Source: an uncultured Planctomycetaceae bacterium (lineage in GTDB: Bacteria > Planctomycetota > PLA2). Taken from it: a stretch of 64,000 nt of DNA. Within the stretch, counting starts at the first letter, position 1. Every line of letters begins with the position of its first letter. Below the pieces are notes generated by a model, which saw only the letters and a program-made list of their open reading frames with translations, did not search any database and had not been told where the DNA came from. The translations under genes were made by a program, and so were the position numbers. Location of the stretch: contig CAZMXP010000028.1 of NCBI GenBank assembly GCA_964570285.1, positions 74 to 64,073 on the forward strand, read 5' to 3'. Positions 48,319 to 58,174 of this stretch are shown piece by piece.

Positions 48319-49536
48319 GTGGTGTCCAAACTGCGACGCCCATTGCAGGACGTCACGCGACGCGCGGAGGCGCCCGTCCTCGACGATCTGGACTCCAAGA
48401 TGGTCCTCCTCGCTGGCCCCCGCCAGTGCGGGAAGACGACGCTCGCGCGCCGCCTCCTGCATCGACTGGGCGGCGAGTACTTCAGTTGGGATGTGGCGGC
48501 CCACCGCAAGTCGCTTCGCCAGCATGCGTTGCCCGAGGACAAGCGACTCTGGGTCTTCGACGAGATCCACAAGTTCCGCGGATGGCGCAACTGGCTCAAG
48601 GGGGTCTACGACACGCATGGCGAGCGGCACGCGATGCTCGTGACGGGAAGCGCCCGCCTCGCCGCGTACAGCCGCGGCGGGGACTCGCTCCAGGGCCGGT
48701 ACTTCATGCACCGTCTGCATCCGTTCACGCTCTCCGAATTTCAGGGGATCGACGTCGCGGGCGTCCCGGAGGAGATCCCGGCGCTGCCGGTCGAGGCGCC
48801 GACGGGCGCCGCTTCGGCGTTGGAGGCACTCGACCGCCTCGGCGGCTTTCCCGAGCCCCTCCTGTCCGGTTCCGAGCGGACGGCGGCCCGCTGGCGGCTC
48901 GGCTATGGGGAGCGCCTTGTGCGCGAGGAGATCCGCGATCTCGAGGACTTCCGCGACCTCGACCGGATCGAGGCGCTCTACGACGCGCTGCCCTCGACCG
49001 TCGGCTCGCTCCTCTCGATCAACTCCCTGCGGGAGGACCTGGAGGTCGCGTTCCGCACCGCGGCGTCGTGGCTCGCCGCGCTGGAACGCCTCTACGCCGT
49101 GTTTCGCGTGGCGCCCTTCGGCGCGCGGAGGCTGCGCGCGCTGAGGAAGTCGCAGAAGCTCTACTTCTGGGATTGGGCGCGCGTGGAGGACGAGGGGGCG
49201 CGGGCGGAGAATCTCGTGGTGCTCCACCTGCTGCGCCTCGTGCACTGGCTCGCGGACGTGCACGGCGAGAAGGCCGAACTCCGCTTCTTCCGTGACGCCG
49301 CGGGGCACGAGGTGGACGCGATCGTCCTGCGGCGCGGCAAGCCGTGGATGGCGGTGGAGGTGAAACTCTCCGACGGGCCCCTCGACCGCGGCATCCGCTA
49401 TCTGGTGGAGCGCGTGCCGATCCCCTGGGCCTTCCAGGTCGCGCTCCGCGGCACCGTCGACCGGCGCGTCCCGGCGGGCAAGGGGATGGGCGTGCGCCTC
49501 GTGCCCGCGGCGCGTTTCCTCGCGAACCTCCCGTAG
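48319..49536 (+). CDS. AAA-family ATPase with a C-terminal DUF4143-like domain
   Basis: Walker A GPRQCGKTT, Walker B LWVFDEIH, and the C-terminal domain typical of this uncharacterised ATPase family. Confidence 0.7.
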   Translation: MVSKLRRPLQDVTRRAEAPVLDDLDSKMVLLAGPRQCGKTTLARRLLHRLGGEYFSWDVAAHRKSLRQHALPEDKRLWVFDEIHKFRGWRNWLKGVYDTHGERHAMLVTGSARLAAYSRGGDSLQGRYFMHRLHPFTLSEFQGIDVAGVPEEIPALPVEAPTGAASALEALDRLGGFPEPLLSGSERTAARWRLGYGERLVREEIRDLEDFRDLDRIEALYDALPSTVGSLLSINSLREDLEVAFRTAASWLAALERLYAVFRVAPFGARRLRALRKSQKLYFWDWARVEDEGARAENLVVLHLLRLVHWLADVHGEKAELRFFRDAAGHEVDAIVLRRGKPWMAVEVKLSDGPLDRGIRYLVERVPIPWAFQVALRGTVDRRVPAGKGMGVRLVPAARFLANLP

Positions 49537-49585
49537 GCCGCGGGGAACCTGCGTCGGTCTTGCAACAGTCTCACGCGGCACCGTA

Positions 49586-51517
49586 CTACCGCGGGAACGC
49601 CTCCTTGACGCCGCCGTCCACGGGCAGGCAGGCGCCGGTGATGCGGCTGCTGCGGTCGCTCGCGAAGAAGAGGGCGGCCTCGGCGACGTCCTCGGGGCGG
49701 ACCGCGACCTTGAGCAGGTTGCGCTTGGCGTAGAACTCCTCGAGCTTCTCGGGGGCGACGCCGTGGGCCTTCGCGCGCTCGCGGCGCATCTCGTCCGACC
49801 AGAGGCGCGTGCCCTGGAAGACCGCGTCGGGGTGCAGCGTGTTGACGCGCACGCCGATGTCGGCGCCTTCCAGCGCGAGCACCTTCGCGAGCTGCGCCTC
49901 GGCGGCCTTCGACGCGCTGTAGGCGGCAAACCCCTTGCCGGGCGCCATCACGTTCTTGCTCGCGTTGAAGACGATCGAGCCGCCGAGCCCCTGCACGCGG
50001 AAGTGGCGCAGCGCGGCGCGGCCGACGAGGAAGTGCGAGCGCGCGTTGACGGCGAAGGAGCGCTCCCACTCCTCGAGCGTCAGGTCCTCGACGTTCGCCG
50101 GCTTCGCGATGCCGGCGTTGCTGACGACGATGTCGATGCCGCCGTACTCGCGCACGCCGCGCTCGAACGAGGCCGCGACCTGCGCCTCCGACGTCACGTC
50201 GCAGTGCACCGCGACCGCGCGCCGCCCGATGCGCTGCGCCGTCCCCCGCACCCCCTCCAGATCGATGTCCGAGAGAAGGACGTGCGCGCCCTCCGCGGCG
50301 AACCGCTCCGCGATCGCCTTGCCGATGCCGCTCGCGGCCCCGCTGATCCACGCGACGCGCGACTCGAGTTCGCCCTCGCGCCGCGGCCCCTCGACCTTGC
50401 GATGCTGCAGCGCCCAGTACTGCGCATGGAACAGGTCGTCGCCCCCGATCGGCGCCCACCCGGGCCCGGCGCGCCGCACCATGCGCAGCGTGTGGCGCGC
50501 GATGTCGAGCGCCGCGTCCGCCTCCTCCCGGTTCCTGCCCGCCCCGAACACCCCGACACCCGGGGCAAGCAGCACCCGCGGCGTGGCATCCCCTTCCGGC
50601 AGCCCCTCCCGGTCGCCGCCCCGCGCGTGCAGGCGGAACCGCTCGCGCCAGCGCGCGATCCCGTCGGCGACGCAGAACCATGGCCCGGTGCGCAGCACAT
50701 GGTCGCCCGTCGCGGGGCCGCGCAGCGAGGCCGCCAGCAGAGCCTCGTCGGCGAGGATCGCGCGCAGTTCCTCGCTGCCGTCGAGGGTGAGGACGTAGCC
50801 CTTCCCGAGCACGCCGCGCAGCAACGGGGGCGATTGGGGGGGGCCCGGGGGGGGAAGGTCCCGCGGCGGCGAGGCCTCTTCGCAGCGCGTGACGATGTCG
50901 ATGTGGCGCTCGTACGCCTCGCGCGCGTCCGCGCCGAAGGTCAACAGGCCGTGTTGCATCAGGACGATGGCATCGAGGCCCGGACGGCTGCGGTAGGCGG
51001 CCGCGACGTCCGCGGAGAGGCGGAAGCCGGGACGCCGGTAGGGGACGAGCGCGACGCGGGTGCCGAGGAGGTCCGCGAGGCGCGACGCCCCGTCGGGCCG
51101 GTTGCCGATCGCGAGGAGCGCGTCGGCGTGGCTGTGCAGGATCCAGCGGTCGGGCAGGAAGGCGTGCAGGAGCGTCTCGAGCGACGGCCGCCGCTGCCGC
51201 GGATCGACCATCGCGCGCAGCACGAAATCTTCGAGTTGCGCGTCGTCGAGCTCGCCGCGCTCGGCGAGCGGCTCGAGGTCCGCAAGCCGAAGCGTCGTGA
51301 AGTCGGTCGCGCGGATGCCGGCCAGGTCCACCCCGCTCGGCTTGATCTGGAGGAGGTTCCGCCGGCGACCCAGGTGGTCGGTCTCGACGGTCTTGACCGA
51401 GGTGTTGCCGCCGCCGGGAAGGACGAGGTCGGGCTCGCGTCCGATCAGGCCGCTCACGTATGCGAGCAGTCCGAGCGGGTCCTCCCCGGTCGGCGCTCCG
51501 GTCCAGCGGCTCTCCAT
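49586..51517 (-). CDS. Bifunctional class II aldolase/adducin-domain plus short-chain dehydrogenase (rhamnulose-1-phosphate aldolase/SDR-like)
   Basis: N-terminal aldolase-II half (GGGNTS..., HSHAD) and C-terminal SDR half (ISGAASGIGKA, NAG, YSASKAA). Start set at MESRW, Met31 of the ORF. Confidence 0.8.
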   Translation of the reverse strand: MESRWTGAPTGEDPLGLLAYVSGLIGREPDLVLPGGGNTSVKTVETDHLGRRRNLLQIKPSGVDLAGIRATDFTTLRLADLEPLAERGELDDAQLEDFVLRAMVDPRQRRPSLETLLHAFLPDRWILHSHADALLAIGNRPDGASRLADLLGTRVALVPYRRPGFRLSADVAAAYRSRPGLDAIVLMQHGLLTFGADAREAYERHIDIVTRCEEASPPRDLPPPGPPQSPPLLRGVLGKGYVLTLDGSEELRAILADEALLAASLRGPATGDHVLRTGPWFCVADGIARWRERFRLHARGGDREGLPEGDATPRVLLAPGVGVFGAGRNREEADAALDIARHTLRMVRRAGPGWAPIGGDDLFHAQYWALQHRKVEGPRREGELESRVAWISGAASGIGKAIAERFAAEGAHVLLSDIDLEGVRGTAQRIGRRAVAVHCDVTSEAQVAASFERGVREYGGIDIVVSNAGIAKPANVEDLTLEEWERSFAVNARSHFLVGRAALRHFRVQGLGGSIVFNASKNVMAPGKGFAAYSASKAAEAQLAKVLALEGADIGVRVNTLHPDAVFQGTRLWSDEMRRERAKAHGVAPEKLEEFYAKRNLLKVAVRPEDVAEAALFFASDRSSRITGACLPVDGGVKEAFPR

Positions 51518-51768
51518 CGACCGCATTATTCCCCACCACACGGGTGCAGCGCGAAGAATCCTGCCCCCGACCGCGGCGAAGCCCCCCCCGCCCCCCCTCA
51601 CGCCCACCGCGTTAGGGCCAGGAGCTTGTCCGGGTAATGGCCTTCAGCCACGCTTCGGGGCCAACCGGACCCGGACAAGCTCCTGATTCGACGCGACGCG
51701 AGTCGTGGGTCTCCACGAGCCAGCGCCGCGATCGAGGGGGGCTCTTGCGCGAGGTGCGGCGCTCCGCG

Positions 51769-52381
51769 TCACGCCTTCGCGGCTGCCAGCTTCAGGAGGT
51801 TGTGTCCGGTGCTCGAGACGTGCGCAGCCACGATCACGCGGCTTGCGGCGTCGACCGCCACTTGGCAGTTGTACGCCTGCACGAAGCCGTCGGGTCCCTT
51901 CATGATCCCGCTCTCCGGGTCCGTGAAGTTGCGCTGCGCCTCGTCGCGGGGCGTGGTCCTCGGCGGACGGCCCGGCCCGGGCGGCTCCTCGTCGCGGTCC
52001 GATGGCCGCTTCCGGAAGTCGCTGATCGTCGGTGGTCCGGCGCCTGTCGGCCGGTCACCGCCATGAAGTCCACCCGCTCCTCGCATGCCGTCTCGATCTT
52101 GCGGGAGCTGCGCACTCCCCGGCTGTAGCCGTACAGCAGCAAGGCCGTCATCATCGCGGGGGGATAGGGCGGATCGCCACGCTCCTCCCCGTAGCACGCG
52201 AGGAGGCCGAGAGATCGAGGTCGTGCCGCACGGTGTCCCGTACGAAGTGCGCTAGGTGGCCCTCGGGCACCAGATCCAGCACGGTCGCCGGGAGCATCCA
52301 GACCTGCTCCACCTCCCACGCCCGCTGTCTTGGCAATGCGCGCAACCTACGGCCGGGCACCGACAGCGAACCCCCTTTCAC
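51769..52381 (-). pseudogene. IS5/IS1182-type DDE transposase remnant (frameshifted and truncated; DUF772 N-terminal region plus part of the DDE domain)
   Basis: Three adjacent frames give LDLVPEGHLAHFVRDTV..., then YPPAMMTALLLYGYSRGVRSSRKIETACEERVDFMAVTG (DUF772), then NFTDPESGIMKGPDGFVQAYNCQVAVDAASRVIVAAHV. Only about 0.8 kb remains. Confidence 0.6.
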
Positions 52382-52416
52382 TTAAGAGTTTGTCCGACGA
52401 ATAGTCGGACAAACTC

Positions 52417-53949
52417 CTAGCCCTCAAGGTTAGCGGAGACGAAGTTGAGAATCACGCGTTGCATGCCCGCGACGCCCTCGAGCGTCCCCCGCTCCTGGAA
52501 GAAGTGGCCGAGCACGTGGGCGACCCGCCCCTTCCCGATCCCCTTCGTGAACGCGACCACCTCGCTGCCGAACCGCCGCTTCATCTCCGCGCTCGCGACG
52601 AGCACCTCCGCGCCGCCCGTCAGCCGGAAGAAGACGCTCTCGTCCTCGAGCCACCAGAGCAGCTTCTTCTTGCTGTCGAGCGCGCCCTGCAGGAGCCGGT
52701 GGCCGGGGACGGCCCCGGCGATCTCGACGACGACGTCGCGCTGGCGCGGGACGCCCTGCATCACGCGGACGAGATCGGGGAACGCGTCGGTGACGTAGGG
52801 CTCCAGCGCCCAGTCCGACGTCATCAGCCAGCCGCCCTCGCGCACGAACGCCGCGAGGCGCTCCGGCTCGAAGCCGAGCGGCGCGCGCCCGCAGTTCACG
52901 AAGAGGATCTGGTCGGGCCGCAGCGTGCGTCCCCGCAGCCCCTCGACGACGGTGTGCGGCACGCCGAACACGTCGAGCACGACCTCGATGCGGTCGAACA
53001 AGCCCTTCACGACGAGGACGCGGTCCTTGGCGATCGCGCGGATCTTCTGCAGGCCGTCGCCGAAGCCCTGCGTCGCGAGCTTCGCCGCGGCGCGTTGGGC
53101 CGTATCCGCGTCGGCCGGGAGAGGCGTGCCGATCTTGCCCAGCCCGAGGATCGGCGCGGTCAGGTCGGGGCGCTCCTGCTCCGGCGGCGGCTCGTCGACC
53201 GGGTCGGGCTCCTCGGGCGGCGTGTCCTCCGCGAGGGCGCGTTCGATCAGCGAATCCTCGGGGGGCAGGTCGGGCAGGTCGGGCTCCTTCTCCTCGAAGA
53301 GCACCGGCGGCGGCAGCGCGAGATCCACGGTCGCGTGGAGGAGGGGAGGGTCCGGGAGGGGGGCGGCGGCGCCCGTGACCAGATCGAGCAGGAGCAGCAG
53401 GATCGCGTGGACGACGAGCGACACGGCGTACCACGGCGCGCTGCGGACCAGCGTTCTCAGTTCCGTCGCGAAGTCGGGGTCGACGGGCTCGCGCACGCGC
53501 AGCGCGAGGCGGTGGCGGAGGCGGTCGAGCGCGCCGTCGGGCAGCGTCATCGCGCGCAGCGACGCGACGTCGTCGAGGAAGGGGACGAGCGCGGCCGTCC
53601 CCCGGTCGAGCAGCAGGCGGGCCGTGCCGAGATCCGCGCCGAGCATCGACGCGACCTCGTCGAGGGGCACGCCGTCGAGGTCGTGCAGGACGAACGCGAT
53701 CGCGGGCGGGTCGGGCAGGCGCGCGAGCTCCTTGCGGAACGGCAGGATCCTGCCGCCGCGCTCCCGCAGGGACTGGAGCGCCCGGGCCGCCACGGCGCGT
53801 TGCGGCACCGGCGCCGCCGCCCTGTCGCGCGCGACCAAGCGGTGGAGATCGGCGACGATCCCCTCCGCCTCGGCGGCCGACCCGGTGATCCGGAGGGCCA
53901 GCAGCAGGAGCGCGTCGGATCGCGGGAGCATGGCGTGGTCGGGGGTCAT
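52417..53949 (-). CDS. Membrane protein with an N-terminal sigma-70 region-4-like HTH, one TM helix and a C-terminal ThuA/class-I glutamine-amidotransferase-like domain (anti-sigma/regulator-like)
   Basis: HTH LPDPPAIAFVLHDLDGVPLDEVASMLGADLGTARLLLDRG; TM AVSLVVHAILLLLLDLV; a Pro/Glu-rich linker. Start uncertain (Met at 53949 or 53931). Confidence 0.5.
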   Translation of the reverse strand: MTPDHAMLPRSDALLLLALRITGSAAEAEGIVADLHRLVARDRAAAPVPQRAVAARALQSLRERGGRILPFRKELARLPDPPAIAFVLHDLDGVPLDEVASMLGADLGTARLLLDRGTAALVPFLDDVASLRAMTLPDGALDRLRHRLALRVREPVDPDFATELRTLVRSAPWYAVSLVVHAILLLLLDLVTGAAAPLPDPPLLHATVDLALPPPVLFEEKEPDLPDLPPEDSLIERALAEDTPPEEPDPVDEPPPEQERPDLTAPILGLGKIGTPLPADADTAQRAAAKLATQGFGDGLQKIRAIAKDRVLVVKGLFDRIEVVLDVFGVPHTVVEGLRGRTLRPDQILFVNCGRAPLGFEPERLAAFVREGGWLMTSDWALEPYVTDAFPDLVRVMQGVPRQRDVVVEIAGAVPGHRLLQGALDSKKKLLWWLEDESVFFRLTGGAEVLVASAEMKRRFGSEVVAFTKGIGKGRVAHVLGHFFQERGTLEGVAGMQRVILNFVSANLEG

Positions 53950-53982
53950 CAAGCGCCTAGACAGGCTATACTCGAAAGCGGG

Positions 53983-54738
53983 ATGCGCCGCCTCGCACCG
54001 CTGCTCGCCCTGCTCCTCGGGGCGGTTGGGCTCCTGCCCGCCCCGCCGGCGGCGCATGCGCGTCCGGAGTTCGCCCGGCGCGAGGTGAAGGCGTGCGGCT
54101 ATTGCCACATCAACCCGCGCGGCGGGGGCCCGCGCAACGACAACGGGCTCCTCTACGCGAGGAGCGAATTCTCGTTTCCCGTCGTCGCGGGCAACCTGGG
54201 CAGCTTCCGCAAGGATGCCGACCGCGAGCGCATGGTCTACGCGCGCAAGATGATCGACCTCGACCACATCCCGGCGGCCATCGACGGCCTCGCCCGCCTG
54301 TCGAAGGTCGTCAAGGACGAGGGGGCGAAGAAGCTCGTCGAGGAGGAGATCCACGGGATCGAGGTGCGCGGCAGCAAGATCCTCGGTCAGGCGCGGCTGC
54401 TGCTGCGCGGCAAGCCGCAGGAGATCGACGAGGGGGTCGAACTGGTCGTGCTGCTGGTCACCGAATACAAGGGGCTCGCGATCCACGAGGAGGCGCTTGC
54501 CGACCTCAGGGAACTGCGGGCCGACAAGGAGCTTCGCGACCGCGTGCGGAAGGAGGAGGCGGAGGCGAAGGCGCGCCTGCTGCTGCTCGACGCGACGCGG
54601 CAGGACTCCGACGGGAGCCGCGACAAGGCGAAGGCGACCCTCGACAAGCTGATCAAGTCCTCTCCCGCCTCCCGCGCCGCGGAGGAGGCGAAGAAGCTTC
54701 TCGAGGAGTGGGCGAAGCCCGCCCCCTCGGGAGGATGA
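53983..54738 (+). CDS. Secreted protein with an N-terminal CxxCH heme-binding motif and a coiled-coil C-terminus
   Basis: Signal peptide MRRLAPLLALLLGAVGLLPAPPAAHA and motif EVKACGYCHINPRGGGP. Confidence 0.5.
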   Translation: MRRLAPLLALLLGAVGLLPAPPAAHARPEFARREVKACGYCHINPRGGGPRNDNGLLYARSEFSFPVVAGNLGSFRKDADRERMVYARKMIDLDHIPAAIDGLARLSKVVKDEGAKKLVEEEIHGIEVRGSKILGQARLLLRGKPQEIDEGVELVVLLVTEYKGLAIHEEALADLRELRADKELRDRVRKEEAEAKARLLLLDATRQDSDGSRDKAKATLDKLIKSSPASRAAEEAKKLLEEWAKPAPSGG

Positions 54739-55209
54739 GCGGGCGCCCGGCGACCGTCCTCGGTTCGGCCGCCACGCCCATGATCAGCCTCGCGTCCGCC
54801 GCGGCGCATGCCGGCGCACGCGGCCGCCGGGCGATCTAGTGCGCGGTGATCGGGTTCGTCCCGTTGTGCCTGCTGACCATCGCGGAACTCCGGGGACTGG
54901 CCGTGATCGGACTCGGCCTCGCTGCACTCGCCGGGCTGCTCGCGCACCACGACCGGAGGTACGCAGCGCAGAACGGGCGCGCGGTCTCCCGCTCGGCGGC
55001 GCGCGCCGCCGAGCGCCGACGGCGCAGCGGCCTGCCGCCGGAGTGGGTCAGCGTCTACGAACCCAACAACCGCCCGACGCCTCCCGCGATGCGGGCTGCG
55101 CAGTCCCCCCTTGCCGAGGATCGCGCGCGGGATCGGCCGGACGGGTGAACGAGTGCCACCAAAACCGAGAGACGCAAGGGCGCCTTCGTGCCGCGCGGCC
55201 CGCACTCTG

Positions 55210-55565
55210 TTCGACGAGTGGGACCGAGTCTCGAAGGGTGTTCGGGTCTCGGGGACGAACGCGTTCGGAGGCGCGCGAGGATGTTGCCGCGCGCGCCCTT
55301 CTGGGTGCAGTGGACCACAGCCTTCGTCTTGAGCCGGGAAGAAGGAACCCAGGAACCTAGGAGCCGAGGAAGAGGCGGACTCGATCCATCCGAGTCCCGG
55401 GATGCTCCCCTCTGCTCTCATGGGTTCCTCCCTTCCTGGCTCCCTCATCAAGAGAGCCGCTACGCACGATCCGGAACGGCCGAAGGCCGTCGCGAGGGCG
55501 CGCAGCGCCCGAGGCTTGTACTACGAGCCCGCAGACTCCGCGCTGCCTGCGCACATTCGGGTGCT
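55210..55565. repeat. Intergenic repeat family, copy 3 (full length)
   Basis: About 90% identical to 7505..7855. Lies immediately upstream of the large HEAT-repeat gene. Confidence 0.8.
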
Positions 55566-55660
55566 GCCCTCGGGCGAGGCTGCGCGGCCTGCGGAGCCGA
55601 CGGATGCCGACCGCGACCGGCAGGGCCCAGCCGGCGCGCTACCGCTGCTAGGATGGGTCG

Positions 55661-57940
55661 ATGCGTCGGGCCGTCGTGCTGCTGCTCGTTTCCGTGGCCG
55701 CGGCGGACACGGACCCCTCCGCCCTGGCGATGGCCTACCTCGCGGATCCGAGGCCGTCGCACGTCGCGTTGAGCGAGGAACTTCGGTCGTCGGCCCCCGA
55801 GGCGGCTCCGCGCATCGTCGAAGGGTGGGCCACCGACGACCCGAAGCGCCTCGAGCGCATCGAGTACTTCTTCAAGCGGACCTACATGACAAGGATGCGC
55901 GACGCGATCGTCGCGGGGATGAGGCATGCCGACCGCCGCGTCAGGATTCGCGCCGCCCTGTTCCTGGTGCGCGAGGCCGACGCGGGCGCGCCCGCTCCCG
56001 ATGCGTTGGCGGTCTCGATCCTGCACGCCGCCGTCGGGGAGAGCGAGGCTGCGCTGCGCGACGCCGCGATCGAGGCGCTCAGCGCGCTCGGGCTTGCCGC
56101 GGACCGCGTCGTTCCGGTCCTCCTCGAACTGCTGCTGGCCAGCACGGGCGAGGTGCGGTTGCGCGCGATCGAGGCCTTTCGCGCATACGGACCCAAGGCG
56201 GCGGCCGCGATCCCGGCCCTTGCCGAGCGCGCCGCGCGGGAGCGGGAGGTCTTCGCGATCGAGGCGGTGCGCTCGCTCGCCTACCTCGGTCCGGACGGAT
56301 TCGCGCCCATCCGGCAGTGCCTGGATCGGCCTGAGCCGGAGCTGCAGTACTGGGCCGTCCGCGCGCTCGGGGACAGCGGAACCAACGGCCGGGGCGCCGT
56401 CGATCGTCTCGTCGAGATGGCGCAGCGTCATGGGACGAAGGCCGAGGTGGCAGCGCTCGACGCCCTGGTCCGGATCGCGCCGGAGGAGGGGCGGGTGCAA
56501 GCCCTCGTCGCAGCCGACCTCGCGAGCGGCGACGCGGTCCGCGTCCGGCGCGCCGAAGGGATCGTCACGCACGAGAAGATCGGCCGCCACTTCGTGGAGC
56601 CGAACCGGGCCCTCCTGCGGGCCCCGCGCGCTGCGACCCGCGTCCGCTCGGCGCGGATCCTCGCCGGGGCGGGGCTCGCGCGCGCCGAAGTCCTCGCGGC
56701 GATGACGGAGGTGGCTCGGGGCGAGGAACTCGCCGACCAGGCGCTCGAGCTCATCGGCGAGTTGGGACCGATGGCGGCGGACGCGTTGCCGCAGCTCTGT
56801 GCCAGAGTCGGCACCCAGCGTCAACTCCACGGGCCGCTCGGCCGTTGCGCGGCCGGCATCGGAACGGCTGGCCTCGACGCCCTGGCGGGTGCCCTGCGCC
56901 ACAAGGACAAGGAGACCCGCTTCGCGGCGCTCGTCTGCCTTCATGGTTTCGGTCCCCTCGCGAAGCCCGCCCGCGCGGGCGTCGCCAAGCTTGCCCAGGA
57001 TCCCGATCTCGCGGGGGCCGCGAACGCGGTGTTGCGGTCGATCGACGGCGACGCGATCCCCGAGCCGAGCGAACAGCTCTCCCTCGACTCGCTCGCCCAC
57101 GACGATCCTCGCCTCCGTCGACTCGGCGTCGACCGACTCCGCGGCAAGGGCTATTCGCCGCTCAGGCCCCAGATCCTCGCGAGCCTCGAACAAGCCGCGA
57201 AAGAGGACGCCGACGAGGTGACGCGTGCGGGAGCGCTTCGTGCGTTGACCGACATGGTGGACGCGGACCGGCTGATCCCGATGGTGCGGCACGCGCTCGA
57301 AGCGGGACGGTCGAACGAGGCCCTCGAGATCCTCGTGTATGCCGCGCGCGACCTCGGCCCCGCAGGGAGGGTGCTGCAGCCGGACCTCGAACGTCTCCTC
57401 TCCCGCCAGGAGCCCCCCGTCTTTCCGATCATGCTGGTTCTTGCCCTCTATCCGGACGCCGCCGACCGCTTGCTGGCCCGACTCAAGGCGGCGCCGGAAC
57501 ATGAGCGCCAGGTCATCGTGGTCGGGCTCGGCCACTCTTCGATGAGTCACACCGACCCCGTCCGGCGCGCGCTCTTCGACCAACTCTTCGACGATCCCTC
57601 CGAGATCGTGCGCGGCGCCGCCTTCGATGCGCTCTGGCGGGTCGGCTCCCCGCCCGAGGGACTGCCGAGGGTGCTCGCCGCACTCGAGAAGAAGTCGGAA
57701 CCCCGGTTCACGAGCGCGCTGATGGCCGCGGGAGGCTACCCGCAGGCGTACGGCCAGATCGCCCCCCACCTTCTGCCGCTGCTCGACAAGCCTGCGCGGC
57801 AGCAGTTGGTGCTTGTCACCCTTGGGCGGTGGGGAAGTGCGGCGAAGCCTGCCCTTCCGCGCTTGCGCAAGATGAGGAAGGCCGCGACCGGCGAACTCAA
57901 GGGCCTCCTCGACGAGGTCATCGCGGAGATCGAGGGCTAG
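55661..57940 (+). CDS. Large secreted HEAT/PBS-lyase repeat protein (759 aa)
   Basis: Signal peptide MRRAVVLLLVSVAAA, then more than 15 HEAT-like repeats. Confidence 0.7.
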   Translation: MRRAVVLLLVSVAAADTDPSALAMAYLADPRPSHVALSEELRSSAPEAAPRIVEGWATDDPKRLERIEYFFKRTYMTRMRDAIVAGMRHADRRVRIRAALFLVREADAGAPAPDALAVSILHAAVGESEAALRDAAIEALSALGLAADRVVPVLLELLLASTGEVRLRAIEAFRAYGPKAAAAIPALAERAAREREVFAIEAVRSLAYLGPDGFAPIRQCLDRPEPELQYWAVRALGDSGTNGRGAVDRLVEMAQRHGTKAEVAALDALVRIAPEEGRVQALVAADLASGDAVRVRRAEGIVTHEKIGRHFVEPNRALLRAPRAATRVRSARILAGAGLARAEVLAAMTEVARGEELADQALELIGELGPMAADALPQLCARVGTQRQLHGPLGRCAAGIGTAGLDALAGALRHKDKETRFAALVCLHGFGPLAKPARAGVAKLAQDPDLAGAANAVLRSIDGDAIPEPSEQLSLDSLAHDDPRLRRLGVDRLRGKGYSPLRPQILASLEQAAKEDADEVTRAGALRALTDMVDADRLIPMVRHALEAGRSNEALEILVYAARDLGPAGRVLQPDLERLLSRQEPPVFPIMLVLALYPDAADRLLARLKAAPEHERQVIVVGLGHSSMSHTDPVRRALFDQLFDDPSEIVRGAAFDALWRVGSPPEGLPRVLAALEKKSEPRFTSALMAAGGYPQAYGQIAPHLLPLLDKPARQQLVLVTLGRWGSAAKPALPRLRKMRKAATGELKGLLDEVIAEIEG

Positions 57941-58174
57941 CGGTCCCGGTTGATCGTTGTGATCGTCGCGCAATGCAACGCGGGCATCGGGTTCCGGGGG
58001 TGTCGACTCGCGCCGCGCTACCGCCGCAGGCGCTCGAGCTTCTCGACCGTGCCCTTCGCCGCGGGGCACTCCTTCTCGCCGCAGCAGTTGCCGGAGGCGC
58101 GACGGCGGCGCGCACGGAGGACGAGGTAGCCGAACGCGAGCGCAACCACGACGGCGACGGCGGCCTCCTGCACG

